A stretch of DNA of 64,000 nucleotides, taken from the IMG/VR virus record IMGVR_UViG_3300042402_001861, positions 1 to 64,000 of that record. One strand, given 5' to 3'. Position numbers and translations under genes: made by a program. This stretch comes from a virus. Positions within the stretch are counted from its first letter, which is position 1. Each line of letters begins with the position of its first letter. The notes under the pieces are model-generated. The model was not told the DNA's origin, ran no database searches, and worked only from the letters and a program-made list of their open reading frames with translations. Below, in pieces: positions 17,514-26,317 of the stretch.

Positions 17514-17679
17514 GATGGAACTTCTCCTTTGTTTCGAAAAAGAAATCGTCATCTTCATAATCATCCTGCGAGAAAGCATCATTCAGGTTTCTGTGATGCT
17601 TCAAAATCTTCTTGTGGTGAGTGTCGCTGCGGCGACTAGAACTGCGCTCCAATGCGCCATTGTCCTTTTCCTGACTCAT
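17503..17679 (-). CDS. 58-aa charged hypothetical protein, missed by the ORF track
   Basis: ATGA overlap with the upstream stop; MSQEKDNGAL...EKFHRGR*. Confidence 0.6.
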   Translation of the reverse strand: MSQEKDNGALERSSSRRSDTHHKKILKHHRNLNDAFSQDDYEDDDFFFETKEKFHRGR

Positions 17680-18098
17680 GTCTTTACTGCCTTTATGGGA
17701 ATTAGATTTGGGAAAGCGATGTCCACAACCTCCCGTGGAAGGCCAGGAATTTCCCCTTCGATCATCTGCTCAATGGTCTTTGCCTCTGAAGGATGGACCG
17801 ACTCAAGCAGTTGAATCAGAAGTTCGTTCTTGCGCTTCTCGGTGACTGGATTGTCCTTTTGAAAGACATACAGTCTTCGATACTCAATCATGAGATTGGT
17901 AAACGCAAGTCCCTCGGGTGCAGGATCGGGCGTGTATGCGGGTGCCTTTTCGCAGTACCAAGTCACCTTCGGATCATATGTGTACTTCAGTACTTCTTGC
18001 AAGGCAGGCGATCCATGCGCCCGCAGGATGTTGGCCTTGTCTCTGTTTGACCCCTGCGATGCAGCCTTTGTCAGTATCTCCGAAATCAGTAGTTGCAT
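17676..18098 (-). CDS. Conserved hypothetical T4-like phage protein
   Basis: AAGGAG SD; late core TAAATA at 18119-18124 on the minus strand; LISEIL...LQLLESVHPSEA pattern. Confidence 0.75.
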   Translation of the reverse strand: MQLLISEILTKAASQGSNRDKANILRAHGSPALQEVLKYTYDPKVTWYCEKAPAYTPDPAPEGLAFTNLMIEYRRLYVFQKDNPVTEKRKNELLIQLLESVHPSEAKTIEQMIEGEIPGLPREVVDIAFPNLIPIKAVKT

Positions 18099-18121
18099 GG
18101 TAAATGCTCCTTCGTCCTTAT

Positions 18122-19264
18122 TTAGTAGACGGCAAGGATAATTGTGTCGGCATTTACCCTGCCGCTTGCTTCTTTTTCCACGGTATTTGAAAGACCGATG
18201 GCATTCTTAACAGAGCGAATTCCCCCATCCTCACGGACTGCCTTCAGGAGGGGGTCTGGCTTACGCAGCCGCTTGGATTTGGACTTGTCGGCATCAAATC
18301 CGATGACCGTAGTTCCCTTGATGGAAAGCCCCGTCTTGGTGGATGCCTCAAGGATGGTACAAGTCTTGGTCTTCGTGTTGAACAGAATGGCTTTCTCTGC
18401 CCCGACGATCTTTGTTGGATGCACGGACTTGATCTTCCAAGTCTCGTCTTCCTTCTTGTATTTCAGGTTCTTGACCACCTTGACCGGATCCTTCGGTCTG
18501 CGACGGCGAGGCTGTCTCAACTTCTTGGAAATCTCAACCTGATGTTGGCAGGCTTCGATGAGGCAATTGAGCCACTTGTGGTATTCCTTCAACTGCTTCT
18601 TGGTGTACAGCGAATAGGCTTCCTTCAACTGCTCGTCGGCCTTGCCCCCAAGAAGGGTTTCGATTGGATCAAGCCGCCGCCGAAACCACTCTGCGATTCG
18701 GGTTGCCTGAATACCACGAATATTTCTTTTCCGAATGTAATCGGCAATGACATTGCATCCATTCTTTGGATTCGTACTGCCGCCGATAAAGAACTGATCT
18801 TCAAACTGTTCAAGTTCACCAATGAGAATTGAAACTTGCTCACGGATGCGATCTTGAATATTGGGAAGCCCTTCCACCTTCTCCACCTCACGGATGGACT
18901 TGCCCTTCTCCGCAAGGTGCCTAATCGCCTTCAGGAGCCGTTCCTTGCGTACCTCGGGCAAAGGTGCCCCTAGACTCAGGAGCCTCGCCAGAACGCCTAC
19001 AATGCATCCGGGTTCATGTGGGGCCACCTCATCGGGAGTGGTCGTAGTCTGCCCTGTACGGGCGACTGCCTTAATTTCAGAATCCCCGAAGTTATTGGCC
19101 TTCATGAATTCTAAAATCCACTTCCGATGGTCGTTGTCATCGGACATATGGTGATACCAATTTTCAGCCCGTGCCAAGGCACAAGCCCGTTCCACGGGAT
19201 CTTTTGAAATTTCGTCCCATTGGGGTTCGGTTCCCCAATGAACCTGTTCGGCTTTCGTTGCCAT
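18122..19264 (-). CDS. Hypothetical protein of about 380 aa
   Basis: Long ORF; likely start MATKAEQVHWGTEP at 19264, directly after a sigma70 promoter. Confidence 0.75.
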   Translation of the reverse strand: MATKAEQVHWGTEPQWDEISKDPVERACALARAENWYHHMSDDNDHRKWILEFMKANNFGDSEIKAVARTGQTTTTPDEVAPHEPGCIVGVLARLLSLGAPLPEVRKERLLKAIRHLAEKGKSIREVEKVEGLPNIQDRIREQVSILIGELEQFEDQFFIGGSTNPKNGCNVIADYIRKRNIRGIQATRIAEWFRRRLDPIETLLGGKADEQLKEAYSLYTKKQLKEYHKWLNCLIEACQHQVEISKKLRQPRRRRPKDPVKVVKNLKYKKEDETWKIKSVHPTKIVGAEKAILFNTKTKTCTILEASTKTGLSIKGTTVIGFDADKSKSKRLRKPDPLLKAVREDGGIRSVKNAIGLSNTVEKEASGRVNADTIILAVY

Positions 19265-19271
19265 GTGGGAT

Positions 19272-19299
19272 ATCTTATCGTCTGCTATTTTGATGTCAA
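19272..19299 (-). promoter_or_regulatory. Sigma70-type promoter TTGACA-16-TAAGAT
   Basis: Consensus -35; -10 ends 7 nt before the ATG at 19264. Confidence 0.6.
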
Positions 19300-19313
19300 G
19301 CCCTATTTGGGTA

Positions 19314-19341
19314 TTGACATGGATTGGTTTGCTGTTATACT
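19314..19341 (+). promoter_or_regulatory. Strong sigma70-type promoter TTGACA-16-TATACT with extended -10 TG
   Basis: Near-consensus; divergent from the minus-strand promoter. Confidence 0.75.
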
Positions 19342-19406
19342 TATGCAAGCACCGAAGAAATCCCAAAAGGTTTGGGATCGATGCAGTTCATCTACAAAGG
19401 TGAATC

Positions 19407-19637
19407 ATGTCAGAGAAGCACGATACGAAGACGCACTCCCGCAAGCCGCAGAAGGTTTGGGTGCAGTCCCTGAACAAGGTCGGACAAGTCAAGAAGGTTG
19501 AGCGTGATCCCGTGTGGGGTTCGCAGTATCTCGTCAGCGTCTACTCTCCTGAGTGGATCGGTGACACCCATCCCTATGAACACTTTTGGGTCAAGGAGGA
19601 TGATGTGTTGCCCGTGAAGGAGAGGGAGGAAGCCTGA
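19407..19637 (+). CDS. Hypothetical protein, 76 aa
   Basis: AAGGTG SD; first gene after the strong promoter. Confidence 0.65.
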   Translation: MSEKHDTKTHSRKPQKVWVQSLNKVGQVKKVERDPVWGSQYLVSVYSPEWIGDTHPYEHFWVKEDDVLPVKEREEA

Positions 19638-19638
19638 G

Positions 19639-19866
19639 ATGCGAATGAGCAAGTACGATCTCCCCACGGACGAGATTGACATTCTTGCCCTTGATGCCTC
19701 CGATCCCTCCAACTATGAGGAGGAAGACGAGGATGAGTCGTGGGACGAGGAAGACGATCTTCCTGAATGGGATGATGAAGAAGAGGATGAGGACGGTGAA
19801 GGCGAAGCGGATGTTGAGGAAGACGAAGACGAGGATTGGGCGAACACCGAAGACGAAGACTTCTGA
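19639..19866 (+). CDS. Extremely acidic 75-aa protein
   Basis: About 41 of 75 residues D/E by my count; GGAGG upstream. Confidence 0.65.
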   Translation: MRMSKYDLPTDEIDILALDASDPSNYEEEDEDESWDEEDDLPEWDDEEEDEDGEGEADVEEDEDEDWANTEDEDF

Positions 19867-19884
19867 ATAAATCCACCTTGGCTT

Positions 19885-19904
19885 GGGGATGATCGACCAT
19901 CCCC
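19885..19904 (+). promoter_or_regulatory. 7-bp hairpin GGGGATG-ATCGAC-CATCCCC in the tRNA leader
   Basis: Perfect inverted repeat ending 4 nt before the tRNA 5' end. Confidence 0.5.
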
Positions 19905-19908
19905 TTCT

Positions 19909-19982
19909 GGCCCCATCGTCTAGTTGGTCTAGGACACCTCCCTTTCACGGAGATAACAGGGGTTCGAATCCCCTTGGGGTCA
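19909..19982 (+). tRNA. trnE: tRNA-Glu (anticodon TTC); CCA not encoded
   Basis: Acceptor stem GGCCCCA/TGGGGTC, D-arm GTCT/GGAC, loop CTTTCAC, T-arm AGGGG-TTCGAAT-CCCCT. Confidence 0.95.
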
Positions 19983-20002
19983 CTTATGCTACAATCAACG
20001 CA

Positions 20003-20584
20003 ATGAACATCTTTTACCTACACGAATATCCTGACAAGTGCGCCCAAATGCATTGCAACAAGCATGTGGTCAAGATGGTTCTTGAATACACGCAGTTGCT
20101 TTCCACGGCACATCGCTTGTTGGATGGCAAGCAATCAATCGTAAAGATAAATGGCAGGAACATGAAGCGTTGGACGCTTGAAAACAATGTTCTGAACGAA
20201 CGGCTGTTTCTCGCTTCCCATGTCAACCATCCATGTGCTGTTTGGGCACGGGAAACCCAAGACCAATACCTGTGGCTGCACAGACTCCTGACGCACTTGC
20301 TCAAGGAATACTCCTTTCGCTACGGCAAGACTCATTCCGTACAGAACCGCTGTTGGGATGATTTGCGTAAGCATCCATTTGCGCTCAACAGCAAGCGTGG
20401 GTGGCGTGAGCCTCCACAAGCCATGCCCGATGATTTCAAAGTTCATGGGAACTCCGTGCTTGCATATCGCAAGTACTATGTCGGTGCAAAGTCAAAGTTA
20501 GCCAAGTGGTCAGTCCGTCCTGCACCCGATTGGTGGTCGCTAAATATCCTTACACAGAAGGAGAACACTAATGCCGTTCTATGA
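20003..20584 (+). CDS. Pyrimidine-dimer DNA glycosylase-like (DenV-related) protein
   Basis: MNIFYL...CAQMHCNKHVVKMVLE..QLLSTAH, HVNHPCAVW, AYRKYY family pattern; ATG at 20003. Confidence 0.65.
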   Translation: MNIFYLHEYPDKCAQMHCNKHVVKMVLEYTQLLSTAHRLLDGKQSIVKINGRNMKRWTLENNVLNERLFLASHVNHPCAVWARETQDQYLWLHRLLTHLLKEYSFRYGKTHSVQNRCWDDLRKHPFALNSKRGWREPPQAMPDDFKVHGNSVLAYRKYYVGAKSKLAKWSVRPAPDWWSLNILTQKENTNAVL

Positions 20585-20828
20585 CTACAAGTGTAAGGGG
20601 TGCGATCATGCATTTGAAGAGATGCTTCGGATGGCTGACATCGACAAGCCAACCAAGAAGAAGTGTCCCAAGTGCGGAAAGAAGAAAGTGGAAATCGTGG
20701 TGGGAACACCCGCAGTATGCGATCCCGTTCGCATTGGCGTTCGCCGTCCCGACCAAGGGTGGAAGGAAGTGATGGCAAAGGTCAAGGAAGCACACCCAAG
20801 ATACAACATGAAGGGCAGACTAGGATGA
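20571..20828 (+). CDS. FmdB-family zinc-ribbon protein
   Basis: MPFYDYKCKGC...CPKCG; TAAATA at 20541-20546. Confidence 0.85.
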   Translation: MPFYDYKCKGCDHAFEEMLRMADIDKPTKKKCPKCGKKKVEIVVGTPAVCDPVRIGVRRPDQGWKEVMAKVKEAHPRYNMKGRLG

Positions 20829-21520
20829 ACTTTCCGCAAATCAGGTCGGTACAGATTGAAGATTACGGGCGATTCTATGAATCACCGATGACGGGTCATT
20901 GGTATCCCTCTGTCACCACCGTGACGGGGTTTGCCAAGAAGGACTTCTGGACAAAGTGGAGGAGCAATCCTGAGAACAGGAAGACCTCCGATCTTGCCAT
21001 TGCCCGTGGCAACATGATGCACGAACTTGCCGAGGCATACCTGAAGAAGGAGTACGAGAAGATTGACCGTGTTCCTCTTTCCGACAAGGTTCTGTTCGTG
21101 CAGTTGAAGAAGTACCTTGACCGCATCAACTCCGTGTATGCACAGGAGATTCCGATGTGGTCGGACACTCTTCGCATGGCAGGACGATTCGACTGCATCG
21201 GTGAATACGATGGCAAGCCGTCGATCATCGACTTCAAGTCTTCAAAGACCGAGAAGAAGCCTGAGTGGATTCTCAACTATTTCCAGCAGGCAACTGCATA
21301 CGCCCACATGTGGGTCGAACGGACGGGGCAGAAGTTGCCTCAGATCGTGATCCTTGTGTCCTGCGACAATGGAGCAGACCAGGAATTCATCCGCAGTCCG
21401 CTTGACTATCGCGAGAGCCTTCGTGATGCCATCGACAACTATTGGGCAAACAACGATTTCAAGGAACTTCAGGAAAGGGCCAAGGATGCGTTTGCTAAGA
21501 CGGCTGTTTCCGTGGCTTAA
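20825..21520 (+). CDS. PD-(D/E)XK exonuclease (Cas4-like fold)
   Basis: YPSVTTV, RGNMMH, AGRFDCIG, IIDFKSS, QATAYA; ATG at 20825. Confidence 0.85.
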   Translation: MNFPQIRSVQIEDYGRFYESPMTGHWYPSVTTVTGFAKKDFWTKWRSNPENRKTSDLAIARGNMMHELAEAYLKKEYEKIDRVPLSDKVLFVQLKKYLDRINSVYAQEIPMWSDTLRMAGRFDCIGEYDGKPSIIDFKSSKTEKKPEWILNYFQQATAYAHMWVERTGQKLPQIVILVSCDNGADQEFIRSPLDYRESLRDAIDNYWANNDFKELQERAKDAFAKTAVSVA

Positions 21521-21683
21521 GAAGAATATTCCTCTTGAAACCAATGGAGAGGAACGCTATCATTGCGTCCGCATCTTCCGCAAGGAAGGCGACGAGATCG
21601 TCATGCTCCTGACCGAGAAGGAAATGGAGAATGGGATTCGTCGTGCCATCGAAAGAATCGGAGTGGTCCCTTATTCGGAGTAA
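21486..21683 (+). CDS. Hypothetical protein, 65 aa
   Basis: ATG at 21486 after AAGG; fills the gap before gp33. Confidence 0.55.
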   Translation: MRLLRRLFPWLKKNIPLETNGEERYHCVRIFRKEGDEIVMLLTEKEMENGIRRAIERIGVVPYSE

Positions 21684-21685
21684 GC

Positions 21686-21913
21686 ATGGGTTCCATCGTG
21701 AACATGAACAATGACTTCAGCAAGGAAGTCGAAGAATTCGTAAAGAAGCAGAAGGAACCATCGTACATCGATGCGGTCCTGCACCTGTGCGAGAAGCACG
21801 GAGTTGAACCCGACACCATCTCAAAGTTGTTGAGCAAGCCGATCAAGGAACGGCTAAAGGTGGAGGGTCAGCAGTTGAACTTACTCAAGAGGGATTCCAA
21901 GTTGCCGCTATGA
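21686..21913 (+). CDS. gp33: Late-transcription co-activator
   Basis: SYIDAVLHLCEK..VEP..ISKLLSKPIKERL..E..LNLL; synteny with gp59 and gp32. Confidence 0.85.
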   Translation: MGSIVNMNNDFSKEVEEFVKKQKEPSYIDAVLHLCEKHGVEPDTISKLLSKPIKERLKVEGQQLNLLKRDSKLPL

Positions 21914-22563
21914 ACGGCTACGAAGCATATCGAATCTATGTCTCCCTGAAAGCGCATTTTCGTGGCGGGAACTATGACTTCTTTCGCTACGGAAGACTGA
22001 CTCCGAAGGTACAGACATACGAGACTCGCAAGGATCGCCACTTCTTCGACAAGTTGGCAAAGCGCCATCCATTGGAGGAGAACATGGTCAAGTTTCTCCT
22101 GTCTCAGATTCAGGAAGACCCGAACATGTGGGTTGGTTCCATGCTTGGCGAAGAAGCGAATCAGCGTTACCTTGAGTGGCGCAAGCGCAACGAACGGCTG
22201 TCCTACCAATTTGGTGAGGATGTCAAGACTATCATCAAGTATGCCTCAATCCATGAGAAGTTCACTCCAAGTGCATGGGGCAACATGTTCGTGGTTTCCG
22301 AAAAGGGCAACCACCCACGAATCCTCAAATTGCTGATGCAGAAGAAGATCGCTCCTGAATCATTCTGTGTCTTGGACGGGATGCTCAATTTCACCAAGTC
22401 ATGGAATTCAAAACTTCAAGGCGATCCTGTTTGGGAAGAGATGAAGGCACGACTGAACGGCTACAAGTCCTTCGTACTGCATTTCTCAAACATGGACAAT
22501 TTGAAGGAATCGGTGCGAAGAATCCTGTCTGAATCGGCAGAAACCAACTTGACCGCAGACTAG
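21910..22563 (+). CDS. gp59: Helicase loader
   Basis: YRIYVSLKAHF....YDFFRY, RKDRHFFDKL; synteny. Confidence 0.88.
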   Translation: MNGYEAYRIYVSLKAHFRGGNYDFFRYGRLTPKVQTYETRKDRHFFDKLAKRHPLEENMVKFLLSQIQEDPNMWVGSMLGEEANQRYLEWRKRNERLSYQFGEDVKTIIKYASIHEKFTPSAWGNMFVVSEKGNHPRILKLLMQKKIAPESFCVLDGMLNFTKSWNSKLQGDPVWEEMKARLNGYKSFVLHFSNMDNLKESVRRILSESAETNLTAD

Positions 22564-22576
22564 ATACCTGTATACT
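22549..22576 (+). promoter_or_regulatory. Sigma70-type promoter TTGACC-16-TATACT for gp32
   Basis: Near-consensus elements upstream of a G-free leader. Confidence 0.55.
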
Positions 22577-22627
22577 CTTTACATTACCCATACTCACCAT
22601 ACTCACACACGAAAGGACACGAAACAT

Positions 22628-23551
22628 ATGGGATTCTCTGATCTTAAGAAGAAGTCAAAGTCGATGACGGAACAACTCTCCAAGGAAATGGAGAAGTTGA
22701 CCACCAAGGGGGGCTACGAAAAGGATGACCGTTTCTGGTCGCTTGAGCGTGACAAGGCAGGCAATGGCTATGCCGTGATTCGCTTCCTTCCCGCCGTGGA
22801 GAACGAGGAGATTCCGTGGGTTCGGGTCTTCAGCCACGGGTTCAAGGGCAAGGGTGGATGGCTCATCGAAAACTGCCCGACCACCATCGGCAAGAAGTGC
22901 CCGATCTGCGAGGGTAACAACGAACTGTGGAACAGCGGAGTGGAGTCGGACAAGTCCATCGCCCGTGACCGCAAGCGCAAGTTGACCTACATCTCCAACA
23001 TCCTTGTCGTGAAGGATCCTGCCAATCCTTCCAACGAGGGCAAGGTCTTCCTCTTCAAGTACGGTGCGAAGATTTTCGAGAAGATCAACGACAAGATGAC
23101 ACCCAAGTTCGATGACGAGAAGCCGATGAATCCATTCGACTTCTGGCAGGGTGCCAACTTCAAGTTGAAGGCCACGATTGGTGATGGTGGCTATGTCAAC
23201 TATGAGAAGAGCGCCTTCGACTCCGCTGAACCGCTCCTTGAGGGCGAAGATGCAGAACTAGAGGCTGTTTGGAAGAAGGAGCATCCGCTGCTTCCCTTCG
23301 TTGCACCCGATCAGTTCAAGGCTTACGAGGAACTGAAGGATCGTCTGCACACGGTTCTCTTTACGGAGGCTCCCGAGAAGAAGGCCGAGGACGAGCCTGT
23401 GCGTGAGTCCCTTTCGCAGAAGTTCGCCAAGAGCAACAAGGCCGTCGAAGAGGCAGTCAAGCCTGCGGCGAAGAAGCCTGCTCCAAAGAAGGAAGACGAT
23501 GGCGACGATGATGCCCTCGCCTACTTCCGCAAGTTGGCCGAAGAGGACTGA
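22628..23551 (+). CDS. gp32: Single-stranded DNA-binding protein
   Basis: DDRFW...DKAGNGYAVIRFLP, HGFKG.GGWLIENC.TT, CPIC, FKYGAKIF; acidic tail. Confidence 0.95.
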   Translation: MGFSDLKKKSKSMTEQLSKEMEKLTTKGGYEKDDRFWSLERDKAGNGYAVIRFLPAVENEEIPWVRVFSHGFKGKGGWLIENCPTTIGKKCPICEGNNELWNSGVESDKSIARDRKRKLTYISNILVVKDPANPSNEGKVFLFKYGAKIFEKINDKMTPKFDDEKPMNPFDFWQGANFKLKATIGDGGYVNYEKSAFDSAEPLLEGEDAELEAVWKKEHPLLPFVAPDQFKAYEELKDRLHTVLFTEAPEKKAEDEPVRESLSQKFAKSNKAVEEAVKPAAKKPAPKKEDDGDDDALAYFRKLAEED

Positions 23552-23574
23552 TTGTAAAACTCAAACCTTTCGCG

Positions 23575-23607
23575 ACTGCCGCTCGGAAACGGGCGGCAGT
23601 TGTGTTT
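23575..23607 (+). terminator. Intrinsic terminator hairpin between convergent genes
   Basis: ACTGCCGCTC-GGAAAC-GGGCGGCAGT, then TGTGTTT. Confidence 0.8.
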
Positions 23608-26119
23608 ATGTGGCGATCAAAGCCCGTGTCGGATCCATGTGGTGAACAGGATTTGGAGAAAGAGCAACAGGAATTGTGTTGTTGCCTCCTCCACCGCCAG
23701 CAACATTGTTTGTCATTGACGATGTATTGTTGATGATGACCGGTGCGCTGACTGCCTTTGGTTCTGCCATTCCCATTCTTTCGGAATAAGGCATGAAAGG
23801 AGCGGTTGTCGGGGCAGCGGCACCGCTTTCCCTCAGCATTATCGCTTCAGCATTGGCTCGGAACAAAGGACTTTCTAGCCTGCTTCTTGTCCGTGATTCG
23901 GTAATCTTTCTTTCGGTTTCCTGCTCTTCCCGAATCTGCGCCTGTGTTGCCATTTCCTGCCGCTTATCCGGTTCTTCGTCACCAAACCAATCAAACCACC
24001 CGAAGATCGTTTCCTTGACGGCAGCAAAAGCCTCATCAAGGACAGCGGTGAATTCGTCTATCCATGATGTTATGTTGTCGAATGCTTCCTGCGTATTTTC
24101 ATTGAGATATGTAAGCCAGTCAGAGACTGCCGTGAAGGCATCGACAATAGGCCCAAAGATCATGCCAACGAACTTCATGATTCCAACGAAGATCGGCACC
24201 ACAAGGTAGTCAAGCAATGGCTTCAGCACGAAGTCATAGATCATCTTCACCACTTCAAAGACCATCTTGAACACGAACTTCAATATGGCAAGAACGGGAG
24301 TGAGAAGAATCAACACGAACCCTACCAACTTGGCGACAATTTCACCGACCTTCTTGAGAACCGTGAATATCGGCTTCAGCACATTCTCAAACAAAGATCC
24401 GACGATTGGCTTCAGCGTATCGTTCCATAAGTCATATAGTGTTCCTCCGAGCCAAGAGAACACATCCGCAAAGACCTCAAAGAAACCTGAAACTTGGGTG
24501 ATGATTCCATCAAGAGGCTTGGACAATGCATCATACATTGCCTCAAAGTCAAGGATGAAGTCGCTCAATCCGAGGGTCAGGAACGCAGCAATTCCTTTGA
24601 GCAATCCCACGAAGATGGACTTGATTACGCCACCAACTCCTTCGGTTTCCATCTTCTTGAAAGCCGAAACAATGGTTTCAATCACAGACGGAATAACTGA
24701 CAGGAAAGGAATGTACTTTGCTATGCTTGCACCAAAACGGAATGCTGTCTTGAAGACTCCAAGAGCGGCCTCACCGAAGATGAATTCAACGGACTGCATT
24801 ATCGTCTTGAGGATTCCTGCTCCTCCGCCCGAGAACATCGATGTGATTCTTCCAAAGCCATTCGAAACGCTGCTTCCGATGCTTGAGAAAAGTCTTGTGA
24901 ATGTCGGAAAGAGACTTTTGAACGAGTTGCCTATGAATGTAGTCAATTCAAGGAACTTACCACCAACACGGGAGGCTATCCCGAGGAATACCTCACCTGT
25001 CAGCCTGACCACGGTGTTGCCAATGCTGTAAATTCTGTTTGTCAAATATCGAATCCCATCGACAAAGAAGGCAAGACCATCTCCAACGACACCGAATCTT
25101 CGCAAAAACTTGGTTGTCACATCAAGCATCGAAGTGACGAACGGACCAACAGACTTGGAAAACAAGGTGAACATCTTCCCGATTTCAAGGATTGCGGTCT
25201 TGTACATGGGTATCGCCGTGGCGATGAATCCTGTAATTCCACCCAACGCACCCATCAACAGACTCACAGGCATACTGACCTTTTCTGCTCCTGCTGCTCC
25301 CATTCCGAGGAGTCCGCGAGTCCCGCCCAACAGACTGCTCCTTGCCATCAAAGCGGCAGGCAGGGCCAACGCATTATTATAAATGCCTTTCAGCCCAGTT
25401 TGTGTCTTCGCCAATTCGTTGACTGCATTGGCCAACTGTTTGGTTGCGTCTTCCGTGGCCTTGGTGCCAGCCTTGCTTGCGTCCTTGCTTTCGTCTGCTG
25501 CTTCCTTTGCTGCCGCTGCCGCCGCTTTCTGTGCATTGGCGGCATCCTCAGTCTTGTCAACCAATTCTCCTGTGTTGGTGGCCGTGGTCTGTACAGCGTC
25601 CTTGATCGCCTCTGCTGTCTGTGCAGTCATAGCAACAGGAGTCGCAGGACTTGCGCCGGGTACAGCGGGAGCAGTACCAAGAACAGCCTCAACCTCCGTT
25701 CCTGTTTTTGCATTGTTGAGAAGATCACCTATGCTTGGTTGGTTCTCTGCTTTTTCCTTGGCGGCTTCTGCTGCACCCTTTAGGGAATTTTCAAGGTTTA
25801 TACCGAATTCAGATGCCTTCTTGGTCATCTCCTCGAACTTCTGATTCGTATCTTGCAGCCTAGCACCGAGTTTCGTCAGAGGATCGCTGACATCCTTGGT
25901 AGTCTTGGTCAAATCCTCGTAGGACTTCTTGGCAATCTCAAGAGTGTCCTTCATCTTCTTCAGATTCAGACGCACCCCATCCACTTCCCCCGTATTCTTG
26001 TCAAATGCCTTGGTAGAATTAGAAAGACGCTTCTCAAGGTCTTTGAGCGAAGCCACAGCATCGTCTATTCTGCTTGTTAGACCGGCTAGACTGCTTCCAA
26101 GAATGTCTTCTTCTGCCAT
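23606..26119 (-). CDS. Tape-measure / baseplate hub (gp29-like) protein
   Basis: 837 aa; N-terminal coiled coil, long amphipathic hydrophobic helical repeats; follows gp26 and gp51 as in T4-like phages. Confidence 0.7.
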   Translation of the reverse strand: MAEEDILGSSLAGLTSRIDDAVASLKDLEKRLSNSTKAFDKNTGEVDGVRLNLKKMKDTLEIAKKSYEDLTKTTKDVSDPLTKLGARLQDTNQKFEEMTKKASEFGINLENSLKGAAEAAKEKAENQPSIGDLLNNAKTGTEVEAVLGTAPAVPGASPATPVAMTAQTAEAIKDAVQTTATNTGELVDKTEDAANAQKAAAAAAKEAADESKDASKAGTKATEDATKQLANAVNELAKTQTGLKGIYNNALALPAALMARSSLLGGTRGLLGMGAAGAEKVSMPVSLLMGALGGITGFIATAIPMYKTAILEIGKMFTLFSKSVGPFVTSMLDVTTKFLRRFGVVGDGLAFFVDGIRYLTNRIYSIGNTVVRLTGEVFLGIASRVGGKFLELTTFIGNSFKSLFPTFTRLFSSIGSSVSNGFGRITSMFSGGGAGILKTIMQSVEFIFGEAALGVFKTAFRFGASIAKYIPFLSVIPSVIETIVSAFKKMETEGVGGVIKSIFVGLLKGIAAFLTLGLSDFILDFEAMYDALSKPLDGIITQVSGFFEVFADVFSWLGGTLYDLWNDTLKPIVGSLFENVLKPIFTVLKKVGEIVAKLVGFVLILLTPVLAILKFVFKMVFEVVKMIYDFVLKPLLDYLVVPIFVGIMKFVGMIFGPIVDAFTAVSDWLTYLNENTQEAFDNITSWIDEFTAVLDEAFAAVKETIFGWFDWFGDEEPDKRQEMATQAQIREEQETERKITESRTRSRLESPLFRANAEAIMLRESGAAAPTTAPFMPYSERMGMAEPKAVSAPVIINNTSSMTNNVAGGGGGNNTIPVALSPNPVHHMDPTRALIAT

Positions 26120-26131
26120 GTGTCCTTTTCC

Positions 26132-26317
26132 TTATCGGTGCTTGGCTTGCTCTTGTTCCATTCTCTCCTTTTCCTCTTTCACATAGTTGATCAGCAATCC
26201 AATGTAGGTCTGCCTTTCCCAAGGCATCATGTTCTCGATTTCAGTCAGGCTGAACTCATGTTGTTTCATCATTATAAAATTAGTCTGCATCATGTTCGCA
26301 AGTGACTCATGACACAT
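26132..26317 (-). CDS. gp51: Baseplate hub assembly protein
   Basis: NF.MMKQH.FSLTEIENMMPWER..YIGLL; TGATG overlap with gp26. Confidence 0.85.
   Translation of the reverse strand: MCHESLANMMQTNFIMMKQHEFSLTEIENMMPWERQTYIGLLINYVKEEKERMEQEQAKHR

Noticed and set aside
19909-19982. tRNA as a prophage attachment site
   Set aside because: No duplicated tRNA 3' end and no integrase; gene content is that of a lytic T4-like phage.
20825-21520. Cas4 / CRISPR locus
   Set aside because: No repeat-spacer array or other cas genes; this is the usual T4-like PD-(D/E)XK exonuclease in its normal position before gp33.
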